DNA of 64,000 nt from Cladosporium halotolerans. Its lineage: Eukaryota. Where the stretch lies: positions 124,001-188,000 of the forward strand of contig NW_027191464.1 of assembly GCF_011745625.1 (NCBI RefSeq), read 5' to 3'. Shown here piece after piece: positions 48,629 to 59,288 of this stretch; position 1 is the first letter of the stretch; every line of letters begins with the position of its first letter. A program made the position numbers and the translations under genes. The notes below the pieces were generated by a model, which was not told where the DNA came from, made no database searches, and saw only the letters and a list, made by a program, of their open reading frames with translations.

Positions 48629-50140
48629 ATGGCACCCAAAATCGACCCGGAGGTTGGCTGCACAATCCCCGAGCCCGGAGACTGGCCTGTAGACCCTCAA
48701 ACGGACGTCGCGATAGAAGAGGACCGTCTCTGGATCGACGGCTGCTTCGACTTCTTCCACCACGGCCATGCGGGTGTCATGCTGCAGGCCCGCCGCCTCG
48801 GCACTTCCCTACTCGTTGGCCTGCACTCAGACGAGGAGATCGCAGAGAATAAAGGTCCGACTGTGATGAACTTAGCCGAACGCACCGCTGCCGTCAACGC
48901 CTGCAGATTCAGCACCCTCTGTGTCCCACACGCGCCTTACGTGACTAGCTTGCCTTGGATCAGCCACTACGGGTGTAAGTACGTCGTGCACGGCGACGAT
49001 ATCACGAGTGACGCCGACGGGAATGACTGCTACCGGTTCGTCAAGAAGGCGGGGCGCATGAAGATCGTGAAGAGAACACCAGGCATCAGCACTACGGACC
49101 TGGTAGGCCGTATGCTGCTGTGCACCAAAGATCACTTCATCAAGAGCTTGTCTGACGTCCTTGCTGGTAAAGAAGGCCGAGGCAGCGAGGAGGAGAGAAT
49201 AGCGCATGGCAAGGAAGTAGAGACGCGGTTCAGAGAGTATGCCGCTGCGCCCAACGGCCTAGACCCATTCGTACAGATCTGGAGCTTCCACCCAAAGCAC
49301 CGCCCGATGGAGAGAAGACGAAGCAGCATCAGGAGCAACGCAAGCGACGTAGCCGGCAGCAGCAGCCACCATCACCACGACGGCGGCAAGGGAACCTTCT
49401 CCTCCATGGTCGACGGCCACGGCCCTCGCCCCGGCCAACGCATCGTCTATGTCGACGGCGGCTTCGACCTCTTCTCGTCCGGCCACATCGCCTTCCTGCA
49501 GACCGTTGCCGAGCTCGAAGACAAACTCGGCCACGAGCGCGACTGGTTCCTGCCCGCGGCCGCCAGCCAGCGCATCGCCGAGACGGGCTCCGACTACGGC
49601 CCCGCGTACATCATCGCCGGCGTGCACGACGACGAGGTCATCAACCACTACAAGGGCATCAACTACCCGATCATGAACATCTTCGAGCGCGGCCTGTGCG
49701 TCGTCCAGTGCACGTACGTCCACAGCGTCGTCTTCAGCGCGCCTTTCGCGCCCACAAAGGCTTTCCTCAGCGGTCTCCCCACCGTGTCTGCGGCCGGCAG
49801 ACCCCACCCCGACATCGTCTACCACGGCCCGACGGCTTTCATGCAGGCGCCGTTCGACGCCTACGCCGATGCTAAGGCATTGAACATTTTCTTGGAGACG
49901 CCCCCGCACAGCTTCCAGGATGTTAACGCCGCCCACATTGTCCAGCGCATCCTTGACAACAAGGCTCAGTACGAGGAGCGCCAGCGTAAGAAGGGTGTCA
50001 AGGGGGTGGGCGAGGAGGCTACGAGGAGAAGGGAGCAGATGCAGAGGGATGCTGAGGCCGTGGCGAAGAAGAGGAAGGAGGATGTGAAGAGAGAGCTGCA
50101 GAGGCGGCACAGTGAGGTCGAGAGGCAGTTTGGTGCTTAA
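48629..50140 (+). CDS. ECT1: Ethanolamine-phosphate cytidylyltransferase
   Basis: Two CT domains: WIDGCFDFFHHGH…VVHGDD…KRTPGISTTDLVGRML and VYVDGGFDLFSSGH…NYPIMNIFER. Confidence 0.92.
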   Translation: MAPKIDPEVGCTIPEPGDWPVDPQTDVAIEEDRLWIDGCFDFFHHGHAGVMLQARRLGTSLLVGLHSDEEIAENKGPTVMNLAERTAAVNACRFSTLCVPHAPYVTSLPWISHYGCKYVVHGDDITSDADGNDCYRFVKKAGRMKIVKRTPGISTTDLVGRMLLCTKDHFIKSLSDVLAGKEGRGSEEERIAHGKEVETRFREYAAAPNGLDPFVQIWSFHPKHRPMERRRSSIRSNASDVAGSSSHHHHDGGKGTFSSMVDGHGPRPGQRIVYVDGGFDLFSSGHIAFLQTVAELEDKLGHERDWFLPAAASQRIAETGSDYGPAYIIAGVHDDEVINHYKGINYPIMNIFERGLCVVQCTYVHSVVFSAPFAPTKAFLSGLPTVSAAGRPHPDIVYHGPTAFMQAPFDAYADAKALNIFLETPPHSFQDVNAAHIVQRILDNKAQYEERQRKKGVKGVGEEATRRREQMQRDAEAVAKKRKEDVKRELQRRHSEVERQFGA

Positions 50141-50820
50141 GGGAATGCATGCTATGCGGTGTGATACCCATTTTTCAAGCGTGTTGGCTCGGTTTGCAGT
50201 TTGCTCGGCGAGTCTTTTGGCGATTGTTAGATGACTTGGGTGCACTATAAAGTAGATGGGCATGAGATCGAAAACGATTATGGCGATGCCAATCAATCAT
50301 CCTGCGCATCTTACCGTCAACTTCATTGGAACACGACATGAAGATTACGCCCTGGCCATATCGTGTCCTGGACAGACCAGAATCTATGGTGCATCTCAGC
50401 GAGACTCTAGAAATTGCTTTATTAAATGATCGCATTTCACAATTCGCAGACAGATACGAACGTAGCGATATCAAGACGTCGTCGCAAATGCAAAGTCATC
50501 ACAGCACGGATGTATATGTCTCTCATCAACTTGATGCATGCTGCATCTTCCTGGCTCACCGTTACCGGGCTCGGACACAGCATTGATGCGAAGTGAGAAC
50601 GGTCTCCTATGAGGACAACCGATTGGGCTCGATTTAGGCTACAATTTTGAACTCGTGACTGTGTGTAAGTCGAGGTCGCCGAGTCTTCGAAAGAGCCATT
50701 GCTAGATAATAAGATGGTTCCAGATGCGGACGTCGTCGTGACGAATGAGAGGCGTCCGCAGTAGGCCTACGGTTTCACGGGACAGGCTGCACTAGGTCCG
50801 TGTGTGTAAGCATTGATCAT

Positions 50821-51050
50821 ACGCGTGTAATAATTGTCTGATTTGACTACACATTCGCCAGATCTTCATAACCGATGTCGCTTGAGAATGGTGTGCAGGA
50901 GGATGAAGCCTCGAAAGTGAAGTCTCAAGATCAGACGATGAAATTTCGCCAAGCCGGTCGCTTTCTAAGCCGACGCTCGTTGCTGCCTGAGTCTGCCTGC
51001 CCACACGCGCTAGAGTCGCCCTTAATTGGCAATCGCGTCGCGCGCGCGTC
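50821..51050 (+). promoter_or_regulatory. MCB-like (ACGCGT / CGCGT) elements in the RNR1 promoter
   Basis: ACGCGT at 50821, ACGCG at ~51005 and CGCGTCGCGCGCGCGT at 51034-51049. RNR large-subunit genes are established MBF targets in yeasts. Confidence 0.5.
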
Positions 51051-51300
51051 CGCCAAACAGTGCGAGAGACCGTGCGAGTTGCCCGCCTTTTAAATCACAG
51101 AGACTCCCGCCGCCCAGTGCTCGACGCATCATCTCCATACCAACGCCCTTTCCTTTTCCTTGTTGATACCCTTGAAGACGGTCCTTGACCTCAGCAGGCC
51201 TGCTCTTCACTCTTCACACGAGCCCCGCCGTTCAATCAAGGCCAACCCCTCTACCGTCCCACGAGCATCACCAGGCGAAAGTCGCCAGTCACAGGCGAAG

Positions 51301-54267
51301 ATGTTCGTCTACAAGCGCGGTACGTGCACCTCTCCTACAACAATAGGTACAATAAGAGTATGGAAACAAGAAGGACAAGGGCATACTCATTCGCCACCCG
51401 AGTGGCAGGCTTAGCCATGGAAGAAACACGTCTCGACACGCATGTACTGACACGCGACAGATGGGCGCAAGGAGCGCGTTGCTTTCGACAAGATCACTGC
51501 CCGTGTATCAAGGCTCTGTTACGGCCTTGACCCGGACCATGTTGACGCCGCCGCCATTACCATGAAGGTCATTTCGGGTGTCTACCAGGGTGTTACTACC
51601 ATCCAGCTTGACGACCTGGTAAGAGAGCTCTTCTTGCGTGAATACCTAGAGCAAACAACGATTGCTGATACAACACTATAGGCCGCAGAGACTGCTGCGT
51701 ACATGACCGTCACCCACCCTGACTACGCTATCCTCGCCGCTCGTATCGCTGTTTCCAACCTTCACAAGCAGACGAAGAAGCAATTCTCCGCGGTCATCCA
51801 GGACCTTTACGACTACGTCAACCCCAAGACAAGCAAGCGCGCATCTATGATCTCCGAAGAGACATATCAGACGGTCATGAAGAACGCAGACGAGCTCAAC
51901 TCTGCCATTGTCTACGACCGCGACTTCAACTACCAATACTTTGGCTTCAAGACGCTCGAGCGCTCATACCTCCTCCGCATTGACGGCAAGGTTGCAGAGA
52001 GACCCCAGCACATGATAATGCGTGTGGCTGTCGGAATTCACGGCAACGACATTGAGGCCGCAATCGAGACCTACAACTACATGTCCAACAAATACTTCAC
52101 ACACGCCTCCCCCACGCTCTTCAGCGCGGGTACTCCCCAAGCACAGCTGGCGTCTTGCTTCCTCATTGACATGAAGGATGACAGCATTGAGGGTATCTAC
52201 GACACTCTCAAGACCTGCGCCATGATCTCCAAGAATGCCGGTGGTATTGGTCTGAACACTCACCGCATTCGCGCGACCGGTTCATACATTGGCGGCACCA
52301 ACGGTACCTCGAACGGTCTCGTTCCCATGCTCCGCGTCTACAACAACACTGCCCGCTATGTCGACCAGGGTGGTAACAAGCGTCCTGGCGCCTTTGCTAT
52401 CTACCTTGAGCCGTGGCACGCGGACATCATCGCTTTCCTTGACCTTCGCAAGAACCACGGTAAGGAGGAGATTCGTGCCCGCGATCTCTTCTACGCCCTC
52501 TGGATTCCCGATCTCTTCATGAAGCGTGTCGAACAGAACGGCAACTGGACACTCATGTGCCCGCATGAGTGCCCTGGTCTTGCTGACGTTCACGGCGAGG
52601 AGTTCGAGGCTCTGTACGAGAAGTACGAGCGCGAAGGCCGTGGTCGTGAGACCGTCCGCGCGCAGAAGGTCTGGTACGCCATCCTGGAAGCCCAGGTCGA
52701 GACCGGCAACCCCTTCATGCTGTATAAGGACTCTGCCAACCGCAAGAGCAACCAGAAGAACCTTGGTACCATCCGCAGCTCTAACCTCTGCACTGAGATC
52801 ATCGAGTACACTGCCCCCGATGAGGTCGCTGTGTGCAACCTTGCCTCGCTCGCTCTCCCTACCTACGTTGACATTGCCGAGGAGCGCTTCGACTTCAAGA
52901 AGCTCCACGAGGTTGTCCAGGTGGTCACCAAGAACCTGAACAAGTGCATTGAGGTCAACCACTACCCTGTCCCTGAGGCACGCAAGAGCAACTTCCGTCA
53001 CCGTCCCATCGGTCTTGGTGTCAGCGGTCTGGCCGACGCTTTCCTTGCTCTGCGCATGCCTTTCGAGTCTCCCGAGGCTCGCCAGCTCAACATCCAGATC
53101 TTCGAGACCATCTACCACGCCGCTCTCACTGCTTCTTGCGACCTTGCTGAGAAGCTTGGCACTTACGAGACTTACGAGGGTTCTCCTGCCTCCAAGGGCG
53201 AGCTCCAGTACGACATGTGGAACGTTACCCCGTCTGACCTTTGGGACTGGGACGCTCTCAAGGCCAGGATTGCTGAGCACGGTCTCCGCAACTCTCTCCT
53301 TGTTGCTCCCATGCCCACTGCCAGCACTTCTCAGATCATGGGCTTCAACGAGTGCTTCGAGCCCTACACCAGCAACATCTACTCCCGTCGTGTGCTCGCT
53401 GGTGAATTCCAGGTCGTCAACCCGTGGCTTCTCAAGGACCTTGTCGACCGTGGTCTCTGGAGCGACAACATGAAGAACCGCATCATCGCCGACGGTGGTT
53501 CCATCCAGCGCATTCCCAACATTCCCGATGACATCAAGGCTCTGTACAAGACCGTCTGGGAGATTAGCCAGCGCCAAATCGTCCAGATGGCCGCCGACCG
53601 TGGTGCTTTTATCGACCAGTCTCAGTCCCTGAATATCCACATGCAGGAGCCCACCATGGGCAAAATCACCTCCATGCACTTTGCCGGCTGGAAGCTCGGT
53701 CTCAAGACCGGCATGTACTACCTCCGCACACAAGCCGCTTCTGCTCCCATCCAGTTCACTGTCGACCAGGAGGCTCTGAAGGTCGTTGACACCAACGTCA
53801 GCAAGCCCTCGTCTAAGAAGCGCGGCGCTGCTTACAACGCTGTCTCTTCCTCCCCTCAGTCGACTCCCGTCCCCCGCCCCATGCACGACACCACCATGCC
53901 CAACGGCCAGAACGGTATCCCGAACGGCAACAAGCCCAACGGCGCCCCCAACGGCGCCAGCAACGGCACGCCCGCTCCTGCTGCGGCTCCCAAGCCCGCA
54001 GGCCCTCAAAAGCGCGAGCGCAAGTTCGGCCGCACCTCCTCCGCCGTCCACAACCCTGAATTCCCCGCCGACCAGGAGGAGGCCGAGAGCCCGCCCATGC
54101 CTCCCACGGAAGGCCTCAACCCCGTTCCCAAGCAGGAGAAGCTGCCCGAGCCTGCCGTCAAGGACGGCGCCAAGAAGGACGACGGCCCCGACGGCGACAT
54201 CTACGCCGAGGCGGCCCTCGCTTGCAGCATTGAGAACCCGGAGTCGTGCCTGATGTGCTCTGGCTAG
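51301..54267 (+). CDS. RNR1: Ribonucleoside-diphosphate reductase large subunit; exons 51301-51319, 51461-51618, 51682-54267
   Basis: ATP-cone [68 protein letters not shown] and C-terminal CLMCSG. Confidence 0.98.
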
Positions 54268-55594
54268 ATGGTGACTTCTGATGATGATGTTAATGGATTG
54301 ATGGGATGAAGGAGGGGTTTTTGGATTGACTGCGTTGCATCGTTGTTCTACGGGCGTTCGCGGGTTTATCTGCCTGGTTTTGTGATATCACCGTGGTTTT
54401 TGGGTTCATGGCAATAGGTAAACAATGAGTCTGGATGCTCTTTTGATTAGGGCGTGTTATCTTTGAGTGTTAGCTGTATAAATGAGTGCAATACTGTTCT
54501 TTCACTTTCGATCGTCCTCTTCACAGAGTCTCAAGTGTGTCACGTGTGGTTTGTCGCTCAACAGAAGATTGGGTCTGCGGACTCAGGCGAAATGCAGAAC
54601 GCATCGCGGCTACTGATGGGATTGTATCGAACTTGGAACCGCCATTCTGATGACCGGGCGACAGCGTCGACCGCAGTTTGGTAGAACTCATCGTCTGTCG
54701 GAGACGTCGCTACGGAACTGTGGCGTCGCGATGGACGTCACGGACGTATGCTCTCGATATCGGGCCTGACTAGACCCGTGGCGGAGTAGTGCCCCAGCTG
54801 ACTCGTCTAGGAAGCGAACAGTCCGGCGTCCAGGAGTGAAGTCTTGACCTTCCTTGTAGGGCAGCGCATCCCCCGCAATCGTCATGGTGCGCAGGTGTTA
54901 GCAGCGATAGTCGCTCTCCGTGATCCAACCATGTTCATGGACTACTGCAGGCCACGCTGATCTCTCGCTTGTGAAGCGAGCGTTGGGAGACGGTCGTGAC
55001 GGCCTTAGCGGTTCTTCGTCGAGCTTGGGCGAATGAAGCTTCAGAGCATTGGCCACGATGCTTGCGCTGCTGGGCCACGATGCTTGATACGGTGGGGCGC
55101 GTGGAGAGGATCGCGGTTGATCGACAGGGCGCTTCGGGCGAGGCTGAGGGTGGATTCGGGCCGTGCGCCACTGTGTATGAACCTCAATGGTCGTCGTGAC
55201 TCTCTCCTGCATGATCCTTCGAACGTACTACTCTTCGTGAGGCTTCGTATTGTGGATCCGTTGGCTTTGATATCAGGATCGACTTCGGCCTTATTGGAGA
55301 TGGTTGCTAACAAAGCGGCTTAGTTAGCATTTACGGTTTGTCCTTCAGGAACATGTGCTGCTATAGCGTGCTCACCATTGGAGCGAGTCTATCACTGCCT
55401 TGTAGGAGATCGACGGCATTAACGTGAAACCTACAGAGTTGCAGCAGAACCCATCAGGATCACGGTCGATCAATCGTCTGATGTCATGCGTAGCATCTGG
55501 TGCATATAAGTACTCCCGTTTCGTCCTCCTCTCACAACAATATCCCTACCATCCTTTCGAGAAAACAAAAAGAAAACGACAGAACATTTTCAAA

Positions 55595-56319
55595 ATGCAC
55601 TTCGCCTCCATCCTCGCTCTCGTCGGCCTTGCCGCCGCAGCTCCTGCCGAGCTCAGCAAGCGCGCCACTGTCAAGGGTTTCGACATCTCTCACTACCAGT
55701 CCAGCGTCGACTTCAACGCCGCCTACAACAGCGGCGGCCTGCGCTTCGTGTACATCAAGGCGACCGAGGGCACCACCTACAAGGATCCCAAGTTCTCCAG
55801 CCACTACACCTCCGCGACCAACGCGGGCTTCATCCGCGGCGGCTACCACTTCGCCCACGGCGACACCAGCGCGACCTCGCAGGCCAACTACTTCGTGCAG
55901 AATGGCGGCGGCTGGTCCAACGACGGCAAGACGCTGCCGGGCATGCTCGACCTCGAGGGTGACTGCATCTCCGTCAGCTGGATCAAGGAGTTCTCCGACC
56001 GCTACCACGCCCTCACCAGCAGGTACCCCGTGCTGTACTCCAGCCCTTCGTGGTGGAAGCAGTGCACCGGCAACAGCAACGCCTTCACTAGCACCAACCC
56101 GCTTATGATGGCTTGCTGGAGCAGCTCTCCTTGCACGCCGCAGGGTGGCTGGCCTTACTACACTATGTGAGTATTGGATAAATCTTGTTGCTTTGTGGAA
56201 GTCTCGCTAATCTCTTTCCTTCTCACAGCTGGCAAAACGCCGACTCTAACCCCTACGGCGGCGATTCTGACGTCTTCAACGGCAGCCTTGACTCTCTCAA
56301 GAAGCTCGCATCTGGTTAA
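55595..56319 (+). CDS. Secreted GH25 muramidase (Chalaropsis-type lysozyme); exons 55595-56166, 56229-56319
   Basis: Signal peptide plus KR propeptide, GFDISHYQ, FVYIKATEG, RGGYHFA, WSNDGKTLPGMLDLE, YTIWQ…GGDSDVFNGS. Confidence 0.95.
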
Positions 56320-56548
56320 GCGCTTTCTTGTAAAGCATACACCATGGTCTTTAAAGTTGACCATAAAACCCGGACCTGCAGCAGCTGCATTGAAGTTCAA
56401 GCTCGCTTGGATAAAATCTGCATGTAGATATGTGACTCAATACATTATGCTATCAAACGGGTATCACCGACTACTGGTTAAACAATCGTCTCTCAAAATC
56501 GTCAGCGTCAATCGTATCATCGTACAAAAAGCCTTAAACAATCAGAGC

Positions 56549-57035
56549 TTAGTAGACCCTGTGCGTCCCCTTGCCGTCAGTACCATGCATGCGGCGAGTG
56601 CCGGCAGCCTATCACCAACACAGTCAGCATGATCTCGCGGAGTCAAAGACAATCTCTTCAACTGACCTTGACACCCGATTTCCCAGTCAAGCTCCCCCTC
56701 AGCTTCATAACGGCGCCACTCATCTTATCACCCATGGACGGCTTGCGGCGCTGCGTCGCCATGCCTTTCGAGCGGCCGGTCGTCGCAGGGCCGTGGGCGC
56801 CAGTGCTGGTGCCCTTTGTCGACGCCAGCGGGCCACGGCCGCCATGACCGTGCGAGCCGATGCCGTTGGGGTGCGTGGTGGTTTTGCGTGTGGTCGTCGT
56901 GGTGCCGGTGATAGGGTTTGTGGAGGTCGATTCGGTGACGCGGGCGGGCTGGGTTTTCTTGCGGCCGCCGAGGCGGGAGAGGAGGCCGGGCTTGCGGGCG
57001 GTGGTTGTGGTGGGGGCGGTGCGGTGGCGGGCCAT
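56549..57035 (-). CDS. Small basic T/G/R-rich hypothetical fungal protein (142 aa); exons 57035-56667, 56608-56549
   Basis: MARHRTAPTTTT…RRKPSMGDKMSGAVMKLRGSLTGKSGVK|AAGTRRMHGTDGKGTHRVY*, joined by a GTCAGT..GCTGAC..TAG intron. Confidence 0.8.
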
Positions 57036-58096
57036 TTTGGGGGTTTGGGTATAGGTGGTATAGGTACAGTTGATTTGAAGTCGGGGTTGAGTGATGATCA
57101 ATGACTTGATGGTTGATTGTGGGTAGGTGTGAGGGAACAAGGAGAATGACTACAGCATGTTACCCTACCTCTTATATCTTCTCCTCGCAATGGGCATCTT
57201 TTGGTACACGCATGACAGCTGACGTCGGCCTAGGCACGTGTGTGTAGCGAAGGGTGCAGGAAACTTGGAAGATTTACATTGCCCTCGCTTATACAGGAAG
57301 CGACGCAGACGTCATCAAGCACCAAAGCAGGCTGTCCGCGAATAGTTCCTGAAACGCGAGCTGTCATGCGACAGCCAGGCGATATTTTGGGCCTTGAAAC
57401 AGCAGATGGCGGCAATACGTCTCGAGATTCCGGATCATTGATATTGTGGCGCAGAGATGTCGCCGTCGTTAACCTTCACTTATGGTATGATGGGCAGGCG
57501 GGGCACGTGTAGATTGCGTCTTTCTTTAAGTTGGCACGTCTCTGTGGCTGACAGTCGTCAAGGAGCCGTGTGTTCTCATTCCTCTAGACAGTGGATGTAG
57601 TAGCCGTGAACGATGTGTAGTTTTCACACGGCACGCCTTGAGACGGAACTTTGATGTTCCTCCATCCACAAGCGTGCTCCACCGACCACCACTTGTCTGA
57701 AGATTTGTGGCCTGCCAGCTACATAGTAGGTTCTTCACCGGAACGTCATCTTCGGAAATTCGAGGCGGGAAGTTGTACGGCGACATATTCATGTACATTA
57801 GCAACAACTGCTATACATTTGTCAAGCATCTCTGTAATCTAGTTCGCGCTTGAAATGCTACCATCTCCCATTAGATTTCGGGATTGGAATCTCCGCTGGA
57901 GAGCGCCATGCCACAAACTTCCGGATGACTGGTGGGCACAAAGGTTCCGGCAGCAACCGCATCGCATCCTGACGTCATCAGTATACCATCGTTCGACTTC
58001 GACTTCAACGCGACGCGATGCTGGAACGACAGAAAGTCGACAGAGAGACGACAGATGTAGCTTTGGACAACACTTTGTCCAAGTAAACTTCTTAGC

Positions 58097-59075
58097 ATGT
58101 CATCCGCACTATCTTTCCTAGGCTTGAACGCCTCCCAGATCTCGCCAGTGGTCCAGGGCTGGTACCCGCCCACGCGCGAGAACTGGGAGCTCATCGTGTA
58201 CTTCTGGCAATTCTTCCCATTGGTAAGGCCGCCATCACATAAACCTCCCGCGCATCGGAAAAGTGAACGGAACAAAAACTAACCCGGAAACACAGCTCAC
58301 AGCCGCCCAATGGCTCACCGACTTCTACCCGCAAGGCAAAACCAGCATCGACTCGCGCCTCAACCTGCCGGGCAAACCCGCCTGGGCCCTCATGGAATCC
58401 ACCGGCTTCCTCACAGTCCTCTACTGCATGCTCGCCATCCCCGCCCAAACCAACACCGGGCCCCTCCCCTGGGCCAACTGGACCATGGCCGGCGCCTACA
58501 CGCTGCACTACCTCTACCGCGCGCTGATCTTCCCCTGGGCCCAGCCAACCATGTCGCCCATCCACCCCTTCGTCTTCCTCTCCGCGGCGGCCTGGAACGT
58601 GCTCAACGGGCTCAGCATCGGCGGCTGGGTGGGCGGGTACGGGCCCGCGAGCGAGGCCGACTGGGCGGGCAAGCTGTACCAGATCGAGGTCGGGCTCGTG
58701 ATCTGGGGCTGGGGCCTGCTGGCGAATATGTTCCACGACGACGACTTGCGGGAGATCAGGCGGAGCGCGTTGCGCAGGCAGAGGGAGAGGGCGGAGAGGG
58801 AGGGGAAGCCGGTGGAGGGGGTCGAGAAGCTGTATATGCTGCCGAAGAACGGGCTGTTCAGCTACGTGCTGTATGCGCATTATCTTTGTGAGTGGGTGGA
58901 GTGGGCGGGTTTCTGGGTGGTTGGGGGCTGGGGGTGTGTGCCAGCGCGGAGCTTTTTGGTGAATGAGGTGAGCACGATGTTGCCGCGGGCGTTGGCTGGG
59001 AAAAGGTGGTATGTGGAGAAGTTTGGGGAGGAGAAGGTTGCGGGGAGGAAGGCGGTGATTCCGGGGATTTTGTGA
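58097..59075 (+). CDS. 3-oxo-5-alpha-steroid 4-dehydrogenase (steroid 5-alpha-reductase family); exons 58097-58222, 58296-59075
   Basis: AWALMES, HYLYRAL, NMFHDDDLR, YMLPKNGLFSYVLYAHYLCEWVEWAGF, PRALAGKRWYVEKF, RKAVIPG. Confidence 0.9.
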
Positions 59076-59288
59076 GGGGGAAGGGACGAGTAATGAGGAA
59101 TGGTCTTGGGTGTTGGACTTTTTGATGGTAATGTGTACTAGCAGCATCTTCTAGCGAGGCAGGGTATTGTCTGCTTCTATCATACACACGGGATATCCAT
59201 AATGCTCATCGTTCGTCGTTAGATCTTTTGAGGAATCTATCCTTTTACTTTTCGCCGTGTGCGCCTTTATCCCTTTTGCGTTTCCGCA

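Noticed and set aside
52282..54051. 589-aa antisense ORF over RNR1 (likewise 14666-15640, 18616-19836, 39236-40549, 42962-43777, 49259-50296)
   Set aside because: Shadow frames caused by strong C/G-ending codon bias of the sense gene; no recognisable motifs.
3943..54267. Apparent clustering of DNA-metabolism genes (GUK1, RecQ, CHK1, RNR1)
   Set aside because: They are spread over 50 kb among unrelated housekeeping genes; compatible with chance.
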